Notes: generated from the letters alone by a model not told the origin. DNA of 47,915 nucleotides from Chiloscyllium plagiosum (GCF_004010195.1 NC_057718.1:27587088-27635002); one strand, 5' to 3'; positions 24,479 through 35,180 are shown, counted from the stretch's first letter. A program made the numbers and translations.

Positions 24479-26555
24479 TGTGCCTCATACAGGCCCATCT
24501 CTCTATTAAATTCAGATTTCAAGATTCTGTCCAAGATCCTGGGGCTGAGACTGGAAAGGGTGTTGCGTCATATTGTTAAAGAGGACCAGACAGGCTTTAT
24601 AAGGGGCCTTAGGTCCTCTAATAATATTAGAAGGTTGCTGAATATGATCCAAGTTTGTCAGCAACGATTGATTCAGGGGTTGGTGATTTCCTTAGATGCA
24701 GAGAAAGCATTTGACCAAGTGGAATGGCCGTATCTTTATGTCTTCGAACAATTTGGGTTGGGTGGAGTCTTTGCTCAGTGGGTGGAGGTTTTATATCACC
24801 ACCCTCTGGCCATGGCCATCACCAACAGGGTGAATTCTGGGAACTTTAGGATTGGTAGGGGTAGTCAGCAAGGCTGCATCCTCTCATTGTTGTTGTTTAC
24901 GTTGGTGATAGAGCCGCTGGCAGAGGCCATTCGTCAGCATGTCCACATAACCGCTCCGGAAGTAGGATTGAGGGCACACAAGATTACATTGTATGTGGAT
25001 GATGTCCTTCTGTTTTTATTGACCCCAATGACCTCCGTATCCCATTTGATACAACGTATCAATTCATTTGGGGGTATTTCAGGATATAAGATCGACTTTG
25101 CAAAATTGGAGGCTTTGCCTTTGGGGAGCCTTCAGGATGTGCCAGAAGTTGAAGGTGGCCCTAAGTTCCCTTTTAAGCAGTCACGGGCAGGGTTCCGATA
25201 CCTAGGCATCTTTATTACTCCCAAGTTTGATCTGTTATTTCGGACTAACTTTGCTCACTTGCTCGACAATATTAGGCACGATCTCTAGAGATGGGAGGCT
25301 CTTCCAATTTCATGGCTGGGCCGAATATCTCTCATTAAGATGAACGTTTTTCCTGGTTTGCTTTATCCCATGCGTACACTCCCTACAATGATTTCCAAGT
25401 CAACGCTGCGGAAACTTATGGGGTGGTTTGGTTCCTTTGTCTGGCATCGTGGGCAGCCCCCTCATCAAACTTACTAAATTGCAGTTGCCTCAAGGAGGGG
25501 GGAGGAGTTGATTTCCCAGACATCAGGTGGTGTCAATTGAGTTCCCTGCTGTCCTTTGTCTGCGATTGTGTCGGTAACCACTGCCATTGTCATTAGTACA
25601 GTCAAGGCATGGAGGGCGATGTGTCAGACTGAGGGTTGTTTATCCAAGACTTGGCCACTTACGCCTATTGTTGGCATGCCAGGGTTCTGACCAGGGATGA
25701 TGGACTCAGGGTTCAAGCTATGGGCAGCGAGAGGAGTTTCTAGTTTGGAAGACTTGTTGAGGGGGAGGTTATAATGTCTTTTGAGCAACTTAGTCGCAAA
25801 TACGGCTTCTCCAGCAGAGATCTTTTCTCATTTTTTCAGTTTAGAGATTTCATCCAGAAGACGACTACACTTCTCACTAAGCCCTATAAGCCTGATACAG
25901 AGATGTTGTTGCTATGTTCCACAAGCACCCTTTCAGTTAGTGCCCCCTATCACCTGCTGGGTGGCAGGGTAAAAGTGAGGACTGCAGATGCTGGAAACCA
26001 GAGTTTAGATCAGAGTGATACTGGAAAAGCACAGCAGGTCAGGCAGCATCCACGGAGCAGGAAAAGCGATGTTTTGGACAAAAGCCCTTCATCAGGAATA
26101 CAGGCAGGAAGTCTCCAGGGTGGAGAGATAAATGCAGGGGGCAACGCGGCAATGGAGAGAAGGTAGCGAAAAAAGGCCTTTTTTTGCTATCTTCTCCCCA
26201 GTACCCCCCCACCAAGTTAATATGGATATATATACACAATGTTCCTGTATCTTTGCTTGGGAGCTTTGCGCCAAGCATAGCTGTCCTGTATTCTGTGGGG
26301 TTTTTTTTTTTGTTTTTTCTACTTTTCTTTCTTTTTTTGATCTATTAGTTATTTACTTATTTATTGGTGTTTCTTTACAGTGTTAGGGTTTGTTTTGTAT
26401 TATAGGGTAGGTTAGTAGTTAGTAGACAGTAGTTGTGTTATAATTTGTGTTTTGATTTCTTTTTATTATACTGATATTTGTTATTGATTGTATTTTTCAA
26501 TAATTTCATATGTTTGTAAAGTTAAAAAAATTGCTAATAAATATATTTACAAAAT
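24479..26555 (+). mobile_element. 5'-truncated L1-clade LINE (RT domain, T-rich 3' UTR, A-rich tail)
   Basis: Encodes SYRPISLLNSDFKILSK, DQTGF, SLDAEKAFDQVEW, QGCILSLLLF and LYVDD. TSD aaagtatctt(t)gac at 24465-24478 and 26556-26568. Confidence 0.92.
25971..26160 (-). mobile_element. Penelope-derived hammerhead-type element nested in the L1
   Basis: Minus strand attcCTGATGAagggcttttgtccAAAAcatc (GAAA decayed) followed by the gctgcctgacctgctg..gcatctgcagtcctcacttt tail. Confidence 0.78.
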
Positions 26556-26716
26556 AAAGTATCTTGACATGTGCTCCAGTTGAGAGAAGACTCGTAGCTG
26601 ACCACTGTGCTGTCGGTGTCTCTCTCTCTCCTCGGAGCTCCAGTATTTCCTTGTGCAATAAACTGTCATTGAACCTAGACTCTGACTCAGAGACAGGTGA
26701 TTTTCCCCATAACAAA

Positions 26717-26734
26717 TGGCACAGCGAGCAGGAT
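26717..26734 (+). promoter_or_regulatory. Primer-binding site, tRNA-Ser-like
   Basis: TGGCACAGCGAGCAGGAT lies directly after the LTR end. It matches 16/18 to the complement of the vertebrate tRNA-Ser(UGA) 3' end as I recall it (TGGCGCAGCGAGCAGGGT). Confidence 0.75.
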
Positions 26735-26989
26735 CCTTATTACTGGTGCCATGGTCGAAGGCCACGATCGAGGAGGCCAGGGTAAGAATCAATTTGTGGT
26801 TTGCTCACTGAGCTGGAAGTTTGCTTTCAGACATTTCATCACCATACTAGGTAACAACTTCAGTGAGCCTCCGGGCAAAGCTGGGAATTGAGGCACCGAG
26901 GGCACTAGGAGCTGTGAAGCACAAGTGGCAAAGTCAGGTAAGATTGGACTCTGTAGGGGTGAACAACACAGAATCCCGTTGGAGTTTAA

Positions 26990-27117
26990 AGGAGGCTCCC
27001 AGGCACTGAGGATGTCACCTAGACAGGAGACGAAACGTCTGCAACACAAATTCCCAGCTTGGCGAACAGAACCACAATAACGAGCACCCGAGCTACAAAT
27101 CTTCTCACAAACTTTGA
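26990..27117 (+). mobile_element. Penelope pLTR fragment inserted in the ERV
   Basis: Same family as 35070-35280 and 36490-36575; flanked by agtttaa on both sides. Confidence 0.8.
27003..27042 (+). ncRNA. Minimal type-I hammerhead ribozyme motif
   Basis: gca-CUGAGGA-u-GUC a CCU agac AGG a GAC-GAAA-cg-UC-ugc: intact core with a GUC cleavage triplet. Confidence 0.8.
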
Positions 27118-27964
27118 AGTTTAAGTTAAAAGTTGGGTGCTGTCTGTACTTGTAATTTCCAATGTGGGGAGGAAGAGGAGCTGATCACTTTGACCAAGAG
27201 CCAAACCTCAGTGGAGTACGTGGATACTGAGTAACTGTGATACCCTGTAGTCCGTAGTAGAATTACAGAGCTTAAACAATGGCGGTGGCCAGGAGGGTAA
27301 AGAGTCACACCGGTAGAGAGCATACCGGGTTAGAGGTAGATTTCTGGGCCTATTGGGAGGTGTTGGGTTAGTAGAGGTGGCCGGGAGGGTAGAGAAGTCC
27401 CATCGATAGAGAGCACACCTTGCTTGGAGGCTGCTATGGCCATACGGGCAGTATTATTGGCCGAGACGTCTCCACTGGTTAGGAACGCTTCACTGTTAAT
27501 GCTATCCAGGGGTACAAAATCTGCTAAGTGGCAGATCAAAATTTTAAAGGGGACACTGCAGATTCCCTTCTTGAGAAATACAAGGCAGACAGACAAGGGT
27601 TGACAGAGCAAATGAAGAAAAGTAGCTGGATCCATCCCAGACGTTAGCATAGCAGAGAGAGTGGATAGATAAACAAAAGCGAAATAAAACTAAAAAGATG
27701 GGGTAATGTTAGTATACCAATTAGCAGGCCTAACTGAATAAGTGAATGCCTCCACAAGTAGGTGGAGAAAGGACCAGGAACTCATTAAAGAGCTGGAGGA
27801 CAGAACAGAAGAGTCAGAGCAGGGAACAATGTAAAATACTGCAGACCTGCAACAGAATAGGACACACAGAAGCAGTGTGCTGGGAAAATCACGGTGCAAC
27901 CCCAAACACCACTTGGAACACCGCAGAACCACGGGAGTCCCGAGATCAGCAGAGCTGACAATGA

Positions 27965-30743
27965 GTTGCTCCCATTTGTGAGGGCAAGAGAGAGGGGAGA
28001 ATTTACATGCCCACAGTAATAGGAGGGAGGAAATGTGAAATGCTAGTAGACACAGGAGTAGCTGTATCCATCACACTTACCCCACACAAATAAAATGATT
28101 CACTTAACCCAGGTAGGAGGGGATAAAACACCAGATTACCTAAGCAAAACTACCCTCTTAGAAATAAAGAATACATATCCCCATGAAATTGTAGGTGTGC
28201 CAAAATAACGAGGGCACCATAATGGGCAATGATCTCATGAGAGAATATAATGCTCTGATTGATTATGCAAAAGGGAAATTGATTTGGCCCAGACAAGACG
28301 GTCGAAAGACCGAGATTAGGAAACTTACAAGTCACCTTGAAACTATTAAAGTGGCTACAGTCACCAGTAGGGACTGGAACCTCAAAGGGGGGGGGGGGAG
28401 ATTCGGAGCCATGTGCGCCTCTGTCCCCAGAGCATGGACAGAAACAAAATTAACAGACTCGATAAGGGATCCTGGACCGGAGCATAACCCCCACCAGCTA
28501 TACCCAATAAAACCCGAAGCAGAAAAAGCAGTTGTGGAGATAGTGAAAAGAGAGACAAGGAATTCTGAAAGCAACCACAAATACAATTAATTTCCCGAAG
28601 TGGCCTGTAATAAAGATAGGAGCTACAAATTCACCATTGATTATATAGGATTAAATAAGGTCACCCCAAAGTCACAGACCCCTCCACCATTTTAAATGGC
28701 TTGGCCCCAGAGCACAAGATCTTTACTGTTTTAGACATAGCCAACGGTTTCTAGTCTATCCCATTACATCCAGAGTCCCAGAATAAATTCACTTTTACAG
28801 TAAGGGACAGACAGTATATGTGAACTCGCCTGCCACAAGGCCTCCACGACAGCCCCACTAGTTTTCACAGATTGATGAGCGACATTCTGAAGAGAGTAGA
28901 TTTACCAGAGGATAAGCACTGCTCTCCAATATGGAGACGATATCCTAATCGCCTCAGAGGCCAGGACACCAGGAAGCTTTAGGGCTAGTACTGCATGAAT
29001 TAGCAACTGCAGGGTTAAAAGTCAGTCCCAGAAAGGCACAGATTGGCAAAGCACAGGTCTTATATCTGGGACACCTTATATCCCAGGGACTCGAAGAAAT
29101 GCCCAACGACTGCAAGACGACAATCCAACAGATGCCATGACCTGCCACTTTCAGGGAGTCAGAAAGGTCGTGGGGGTATTCAACTACAGTTGGAGCTTTA
29201 TACCAGAGTTCGCAAAATTGGTTAAACCAATTCAGAGATTAACTATAGGAGGCAAGCCCACTTTGGAACGTGTAATCTGGGGGCCATAACAGGAGGAGGC
29301 ATACAGTCAGCTTAAACCTTCACTCATATCAGCCCCCAGGCTAAGGCTGCCAGAGCTGGAAATGTGTTGCTGGAAAAGCGCAGCAGGTCAGGCAGCATCT
29401 AGGGAACAGGAGAATCGACGTTTCGGGCATTAGCCCTTCTTCAGGAATGGGGAAAGTTTGTCCAGCAGGCTAAGCTTCTGTGCAGAGGAGATGACCTGGG
29501 GGGTGCAGTGAGAGAGGGACTCACAGAGATGACCTGGGGGGTGCGAAGGGCTAATGCCCGAAACGTCGATTTTCCTGTTCCCTAGATGCTGCCTGACCTG
29601 CTGCGCTTTTCCAGCAACACATTTCCAGCTCTGATCTCCAGCATCTGCAGACCTCACTTTCTCCTCTAAGGCTGCCAGATCCCAGCAAGGATTTTCACAT
29701 CCATTGTAATAACGAGGGAGGGTTTTACTCCGCAGTGGTCACCCACGACCATGGTAGCAGGAGAAGGCCCGTAAGGTACTACTCAACCACAAAAGGGCTA
29801 GTAGTCACCAGGTTACCCAGATGCATAGTAGCCTTAGACTGCACTGCTTGGGCCATTAGGGTTAGCGAGCCCATAGTAATGACAGGGAATGTCATCCTCC
29901 ACACTAAACACACTCTAGTAGAGATGCTAAACACAAGGAAACTGAGGGCCGTCTCCAATATGAGAAGGGCAAACTGGGAGGCAGTTCTTTTAGCCCCAAG
30001 TCAGTCTGTAAACCCAGCTGAGGGAATTCTAGACCCTGAGGAACCACACAACCATGGGGATATAGATGTGGATGAGGATAGGGGGCGAGTAAAAGATTGC
30101 GTCCCCAGACAGTCGAGAAGACCCTCTTCGTGGACGGGTCATAAAAATACGTAGCAGGGTCACCCTGAACAGGATGGGCTGTGGTAAATGATAAGTTGGA
30201 AACAGTTATGTCTGAAAGGATTATGAAAGTCAGTCCGCACAGGTAGCAGAACTGGTAGTACTCAAAGCACTGTTTCTAGCAAAAAGAAAAAAAAATCGAC
30301 TATATATACCGACAGTCAATATGCCTTCGGAGTAGTCCATGACTACATGGAGGCAAGGGGTAGAAAAGGGTTCACCACTGCAGGGGGGCCCCCTATCAGA
30401 CACCAATTAAGAATTCAGGCACTATTGGGTGCCGGTGAACAGTGAAGAGAGGTTACAGTAATAAAAATAAAAGCCCATCAAAAAGGAGCCAGCAAAAGAG
30501 AGTCCAAATTAGCTAAAATTCAAAGGAGACCAGGCAGCAGACCAAGCAGCTCAGAAAGCCCTAGAGCAAGAAGCTGCAATAGCCACTACTGAATTAACGA
30601 AAGACACTATTCAAATTCAGCAGTTACAGGATGACACCCCACAGGAAGAGAAAGAGCAATGGAAACTGCAGGGGGCATTCAAAGGGGAGGATGGTGTCTG
30701 GAAGCAAGCAGACAAGGTGGTAGCACCAGCATGTAATACAGAA
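27965..30743 (+). pseudogene. Decayed ERV pol: protease, RT, tether, RNase H and start of integrase region
   Basis: Protease MLVDTG (28040-28057). RT motifs YPIKPEA, FTIDY.GLNKVTP, FTVLDIANGF*SIPL, RLPQGLHDSP, QYGDDILI and KAQIGKAQVLYLG. Tether RPVRYYS..LPRC..W (29735-30000). RNase H FVDGS, SAQVAEL, YTDSQYAFGVVH, KIKAH and GDQAADQAA (30121-30555). Confidence 0.93.
29355..29665. mobile_element. Palindromic Penelope-derived mini-element inserted in ERV pol
   Basis: Near-perfect inverted arms at 29352-29440 and 29545-29632. Exact 14-bp TSD ctaaggctgccaga at 29341-29354 and 29666-29679. Minus-strand hammerhead core CUGAAGA a GGGC uaau GCCC GAAA cgUC at 29413-29448. Confidence 0.9.
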
Positions 30744-31174
30744 GACACAGAGCGCGCGAGGGCGACACAGAGCGCGCGAGGGCGACACAGAGCGCGCGAG
30801 GGCGACACAGACAGCGCGAGGGCGACACAGACAGCGCGAGGGCGACACAGACAGCGCGAGGGCGACACAGACAGCGCGAGGGCGACACAGACAGCGCGAG
30901 GGCGACACAGACAGCGCGAGGGCGACACAGACAGCGCGAGGGCGACACAGACAGCGCGAGGGCGACACAGACAGCGCGAGGGCGACACAGACAGCGCGAG
31001 GGCGACACAGACAGCGCGAGGGCGACACAGACAGCGCGAGGGCGCCACAGACAGCGCGAGGGCGACACAGACAGCGCGAGGGCGACACAGACAGCGCGAG
31101 GGCGACACAGACAGCGCGAGGGCGACACAGACAGCGCGAGGGCGACACAGACAGCGCGAGGGCGACACAGACAG
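30744..31174. repeat. 20-bp minisatellite (ggcgacacagacagcgcgag), about 21 copies
   Basis: Directly visible. The first three units read ..agagcgcgcgag, and one unit has an a>c change at 31025. Confidence 0.98.
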
Positions 31175-31319
31175 ACAGGCATATTCTGACAGTAAGAGAA
31201 AGGGACAATAGTGCACAAAAAAAGGGGGTGAACTCAACAAAAATCTGGAATTACAAGTCTACCAATGACTACAAATGCATTGTTAATTGTTGGAAAAAAA
31301 CATTTTTAATCCTAACCAT

Positions 31320-31490
31320 AACTCTAAAGGACAGTAAGGAAGGAAACGGTTGTCTTTAGATGGACTGATCTATATGTAACTCCAAACACACAGCAATGAG
31401 TGTGACTCTTAAACTGGCCTCGAGGCAATTAGGTTTGGGCAATAAATACTGGCCTAGCCAGTGACATCCTCATCCAATAATTGAATTAAA
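31320..31490 (+). mobile_element. Deu-type SINE 3' half
   Basis: ctatatgtaactccaaac..cagcaatg..tgactcttaa..gggcaataaatactggcctagccagtgac tail. Confidence 0.55.
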
Positions 31491-32133
31491 AAAACAAGAA
31501 TATAGGCTGCTGGTATATAAAGTATAAGCTAACATAATAAAGACGAAGTCGGTTTTACTATTAAAGGCAAAGTTAAGTGATAAGAAGCAAAAGATTTATC
31601 TATACTGCAGGCAACAACAACAATAACATAAATCGTATTTAATGTCAAGGCCTGAAGTTTTGAAAAATTGGGCAGTAATAATGACAAGTACCACAAAATA
31701 TTTTTTATTTGCACAAAAGATGGAGGATTTTAGAATGTGACTATACATGCATTTTCATATGATGGGTGCATTTTGTAAATTCTCAAAATTCACTAAACAC
31801 TCTGACATTCATTAACAGCCATGTAAGAGAATGGAGAATGTAAGTTTCTGGCAATTATTCAAATCTTGTATAGGCTATAAAACTTATGCAGAAAGTTTGA
31901 GATACAGAAGGCCTAAAAATATTCTAGAGTCTTGCAATGACTTTTTAAAAATTAGATCGATACTAGATATGGTCTTTGAAAAAGTTGAAAGAGCTATAAT
32001 ATTAGCTAGATTTCCATAATTAACCAAATAAAATGCTGTCAAAGAGGACTTGATCATTTCAAGTGTTCCTCAGCTATTTAAGCTTTTCTAACAAATATCC
32101 TGAACAAATAAACAAAACAAAACAAATCAATAC

Positions 32134-32226
32134 CTGTTGCGAAAGACCTTCACGGCTTTCAGTGGAACTCAGAATAGTCTTGCGATTTGCCAAAGCTTCT
32201 TCATATGGTACTGATCCTGGACGAGG
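32134..32226 (-). CDS. PPP1R21: PPP1R21 exon (PRPGSVPYEEALANRKTILSSTESREGLSQQ)
   Basis: 93 nt, ttacag| ... |gtattg; contains the conserved SVPYEEALANR and SSTESREGL motifs. Confidence 0.95.
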
Positions 32227-32963
32227 CTGTAACATAATTATTCCAATAATTAAGCTAAAGTGTTAATGCAGAACTAATTATATATTGTATTACAAAACTC
32301 TAATTAGTGTTAAATTCTGCACAAGGCTCATCCCTGGTCATTCTCTCCTTGGCCCTACGGCTTTCTAAATGTGCTTTTGAACATAACTGTTGCCTCTGAT
32401 CTTGACCATTGTCGCAGTTGAAAGATGCTTTGCATGCATGACTTTAGATAGTACCTGTTCAGTACTGAATAATGGACTTGCAATTAAAACAAACAAACAA
32501 TCTAGTAGTAATTCATCTTGGTTAATACAATGGAACTACAACTGTTATAGTGCTTTAGAATTTAACTCCATTATAAACCTGCTGATAATTTTTTATCGTT
32601 TAAAAACTGAGTGTTGTGATTGTGATTAAGTATTATATAAAGTCTTTAATCTATGTGTGACAGGCGTTTGGAAACCAGACAGAATAGCTTGACATTATGA
32701 GTAAAAATAAAGGAGCTAATGATGGGCAAGATAGCTAATAACTTCATACTGAAGAAACAAAGTTAATCTGTAGACTAAAATTGCTAGAAAATCTCAAAAC
32801 CCTGCATGATAACTTTGCTATTGACTTAGATATCCTTGGCAGCAACAGTTAAACAAAGAGATTCTTAATTTAATCCCTTACCCAATTTCCTTCCCCTTTC
32901 CCCATTAGATGTGACGTGAAATCCAATTATGCATTAGTTCAATCTCAGTATATTGATACAAAC

Positions 32964-33581
32964 TTTAAGAGTGTAGGTTGCTCGCTGAGCTGTAGGTTTG
33001 ATATCCAGATGTTACCTAGCCAGGTAATGAAACGTCATCAGTGGCGATCTCCAGGTGAAGCGAAGCTGTTGTCTCCTGCTTTCTATTTATATCTTTCTCC
33101 TGGATGGGGTTCCTGGGATTTGTGGTGATGTCATTTCCTGTTTGTTTCCTGAGGGGTTGTTCGATGGTATCTAGATCTGTGTGTTTGTTTATGGCGTTGT
33201 GGTTGGAGTGCCAGGCCTCTAGGAATTCTCTGGCATGCCTTTGCTTAGCCTGTCCCAGGATAGATGTGTTGTCCCAGTCGAAATGGTGGCTTTTTTTTTC
33301 ATCCGTGTGTCGGATAAACAAACACATAGATCTAGATATCATCTATCAACCCCTCAGAAAACAAACAGGAAATGACATCACCACAAACCCCAGGAACCCC
33401 ATCCAGGAGAAAGGTATAAATAGAAAGCAAGATACAACAGCTTCGCTTCACTTGGAGGTCGCCACTGATGATGTTACCTAGCCAGATAATGAAACGTCTG
33501 GATATCAAACCTACAGCTCAGCGAGCAAACCTACACCCTAAATCTCAACATGAGCTACAAACCTTCACAAACCTTGCAAAA
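32964..33581. mobile_element. Penelope element remnant: inverted arm with GIY-YIG tail plus direct pLTR
   Basis: Minus strand encodes HFDWDNTSILGQAKQRHAREFLEAWHS. 32970-33190 is the inverted copy of 33315-33537. Confidence 0.9.
33462..33501 (+). ncRNA. Minimal type-I hammerhead ribozyme motif
   Basis: cca-CUGAUGA-u-guuaccuagccagauaau-GAAA-cg-UC-ugg, with stem I cca/ugg and ACGU stem III. Confidence 0.78.
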
Positions 33582-33591
33582 TGACACAAAC

Positions 33592-33744
33592 CTTCTTTAA
33601 AGTCTTAATATATGCAGCTGCTTTCTTCTTATTCTCTAGCATACATTCTGCTGCAAGAGGGTCAATTACAGTCATTCCTATCCTTGAGCTATACACAGAA
33701 GGAACCGTGAAAAAGTCCAGGTTGTTACTGAAGAACGTACCAAT
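33592..33744 (-). CDS. PPP1R21: PPP1R21 exon (IGTFFSNNLDFFTVPS...AECMLENKKKAAAYIKTLKK)
   Basis: 153 nt, tttttag| ... |gtttgt; contains the conserved FFSNNLD and AECML..KKKAAAY motifs. Confidence 0.94.
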
Positions 33745-34139
33745 CTAAAAAGGCAGAGAAAAACTTCAATGAACAGCGTATGCTTTATTTGCAGTGAGAA
33801 ACAAATCATTTCAAGGACAAAATGTCTTCAGTGACAGTGATTCAAGCTTTAAGTCAATACTTAGAAGGCAAAAAGAAATAAAAACCCAACCTAAACATTT
33901 GTAAATTACTTATACAATAAGTAGTGGCCATTCGGCAGGTTTTTTTTTAAATGAACTACAAGTTCTATTCACCTGTCTTTTCCCTATAATCCTGTAATTT
34001 GTCACCCAAGTACCTATTCCTCCACTTTCAAAATTTATTAAATCTGCTTCTATCACCTGTTCAGGCCATGCATTCTAAATAATGACTTGCTGAATTAAAA
34101 ACTGATCCCATGCTGTACATCTCTATGACTCCAGTTATA

Positions 34140-34975
34140 GTTGTAAATATAACTTCACAATTCAAGAAAGGTTTAAGACAGAAAGCAGGCAATGTCTGGC
34201 CAACGAGCCAAACATCTGTCAAGAAAAATTTGGAAACTTGAATTTACAGGAAGGTACATTTAGAAAATTTTAATGCAGTCAGCAAGAGGCAACACTTTTG
34301 TGAAAGGAAAAATGATGTTTGATTTAATGTCCTTTAAGGAAATAGCAAAAAAAAAATGGATAAAAGGGAACCTCTAGATGCATTATATTTTGATTTCCAA
34401 AAAGCATTTGATAAAGTACCCGATCAAGATAACAGTTTATGATGTAGGCAGCAACATGGTCAGATGGATAGAGAATTGGTGAACTGACAAAAAGCTGAAA
34501 TAGAGATAATTGGGTCAGTTGACAAGTTGCAGTGAATGGACTTCTACAGTGATCAATGCTGGTGCCTCTACTATTTGTAATTCAAATCAATGTTTATGAA
34601 TATAGGGACTGAAAGTAATTTGCAATGACAAATACAGGAGACAGAGCAAATTGTGAAATTCAGAGTTTATAATGGATACAGATAAGTCAAAAACTTAGCA
34701 GATCAATTATAGTATGAAAAATTAGAGCTCTCTCAATGGCAGGAAAAAAAGGAGCAAAGTAAATGGATAAAAGATTCACTTACAGCAATCTGATACATGA
34801 ATCAAAATTAGCAAGCAGTACACTAAGTAAGGTAAATGAATTGTTGTTTGTTGCAAGGAGAACAGAAGATAAATGGATGTTTTGTTATGATTGTACACAC
34901 TGCTAGTGAGACCACATCTGCGGTACTTAGTCCATTTTTGTCTTCCTTTATTTAAGAAAATAAGTAATTTTATTA
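34140..34975 (+). mobile_element. Old CR1 RT fragment
   Basis: gatttccaaaaagcatttgataaagtacc (DFQKAFDKVP) and agaccacatctgcggtac (RPHL). Confidence 0.65.
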
Positions 34976-35140
34976 GCAATTGTTATGCCTGTGATGGGAG
35001 GAATGTGCTGGAAATTAAATTCCATTGATCCACCAGTCGTACTTTAAGTATAAAGGTATACTAATTCAAAGTTTGTGCGAAGATTTGTAGCTCGGGTGCT
35101 CGTTGCTGTGGTTCTGTTCGCCGAGCTGGAAGTTTTTGTT

Positions 35141-35180
35141 GCAAACGTTTCGTCCCCTGGCTAGGCGACATCATCAGTGC
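35141..35180 (-). ncRNA. Minimal type-I hammerhead motif, sense to the PPP1R21 pre-mRNA
   Basis: Minus strand gca-CUGAUGA-u-GUC g CCU agcc AGG g GAC-GAAA-cg-UU-ugc. Confidence 0.72.

Larger units (their letters stand above)
23637..26714 (+). mobile_element. 5' LTR of an endogenous retrovirus, interrupted by an HE1 SINE (23811-24080) and an L1 (24479-26555)
   Basis: TGTGA start (23637, inferred) and ..TAACA end 2 nt before the PBS. TATAAAA at 24461-24467 and AATAAA at 26657-26662 become about 110 nt apart once the L1 and one TSD copy are removed. Confidence 0.75.
26735..27958 (+). pseudogene. Decayed ERV leader/gag region with a C-terminal CCHC zinc knuckle
   Basis: 27840-27880 reads C-x-T-C-N-R-I-G-H-T-E-A-V-C after a 1-nt frameshift; TGA stop at 27956-27958. 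I cannot recognise the rest of gag. Confidence 0.65.

Noticed and set aside
24203..25288. 361-aa ORF as a novel heptad-repeat/RT fusion or a domesticated gene
   Set aside because: The N-terminal heptads are the 21-bp U3 repeats, and the junction coincides with the L1 TSD. The ORF ends at a premature TAG (expected sense codon), and its ATG is upstream of the LTR TATA box. A chance fusion is most likely.
30617..31240. Four overlapping repetitive ORFs
   Set aside because: They are translations of the 20-bp minisatellite.
31236..32100. ERV env or 3' LTR
   Set aside because: No match to the 5' LTR sequence and no envelope-like ORF; the region looks like AT-rich intron with a SINE fragment.
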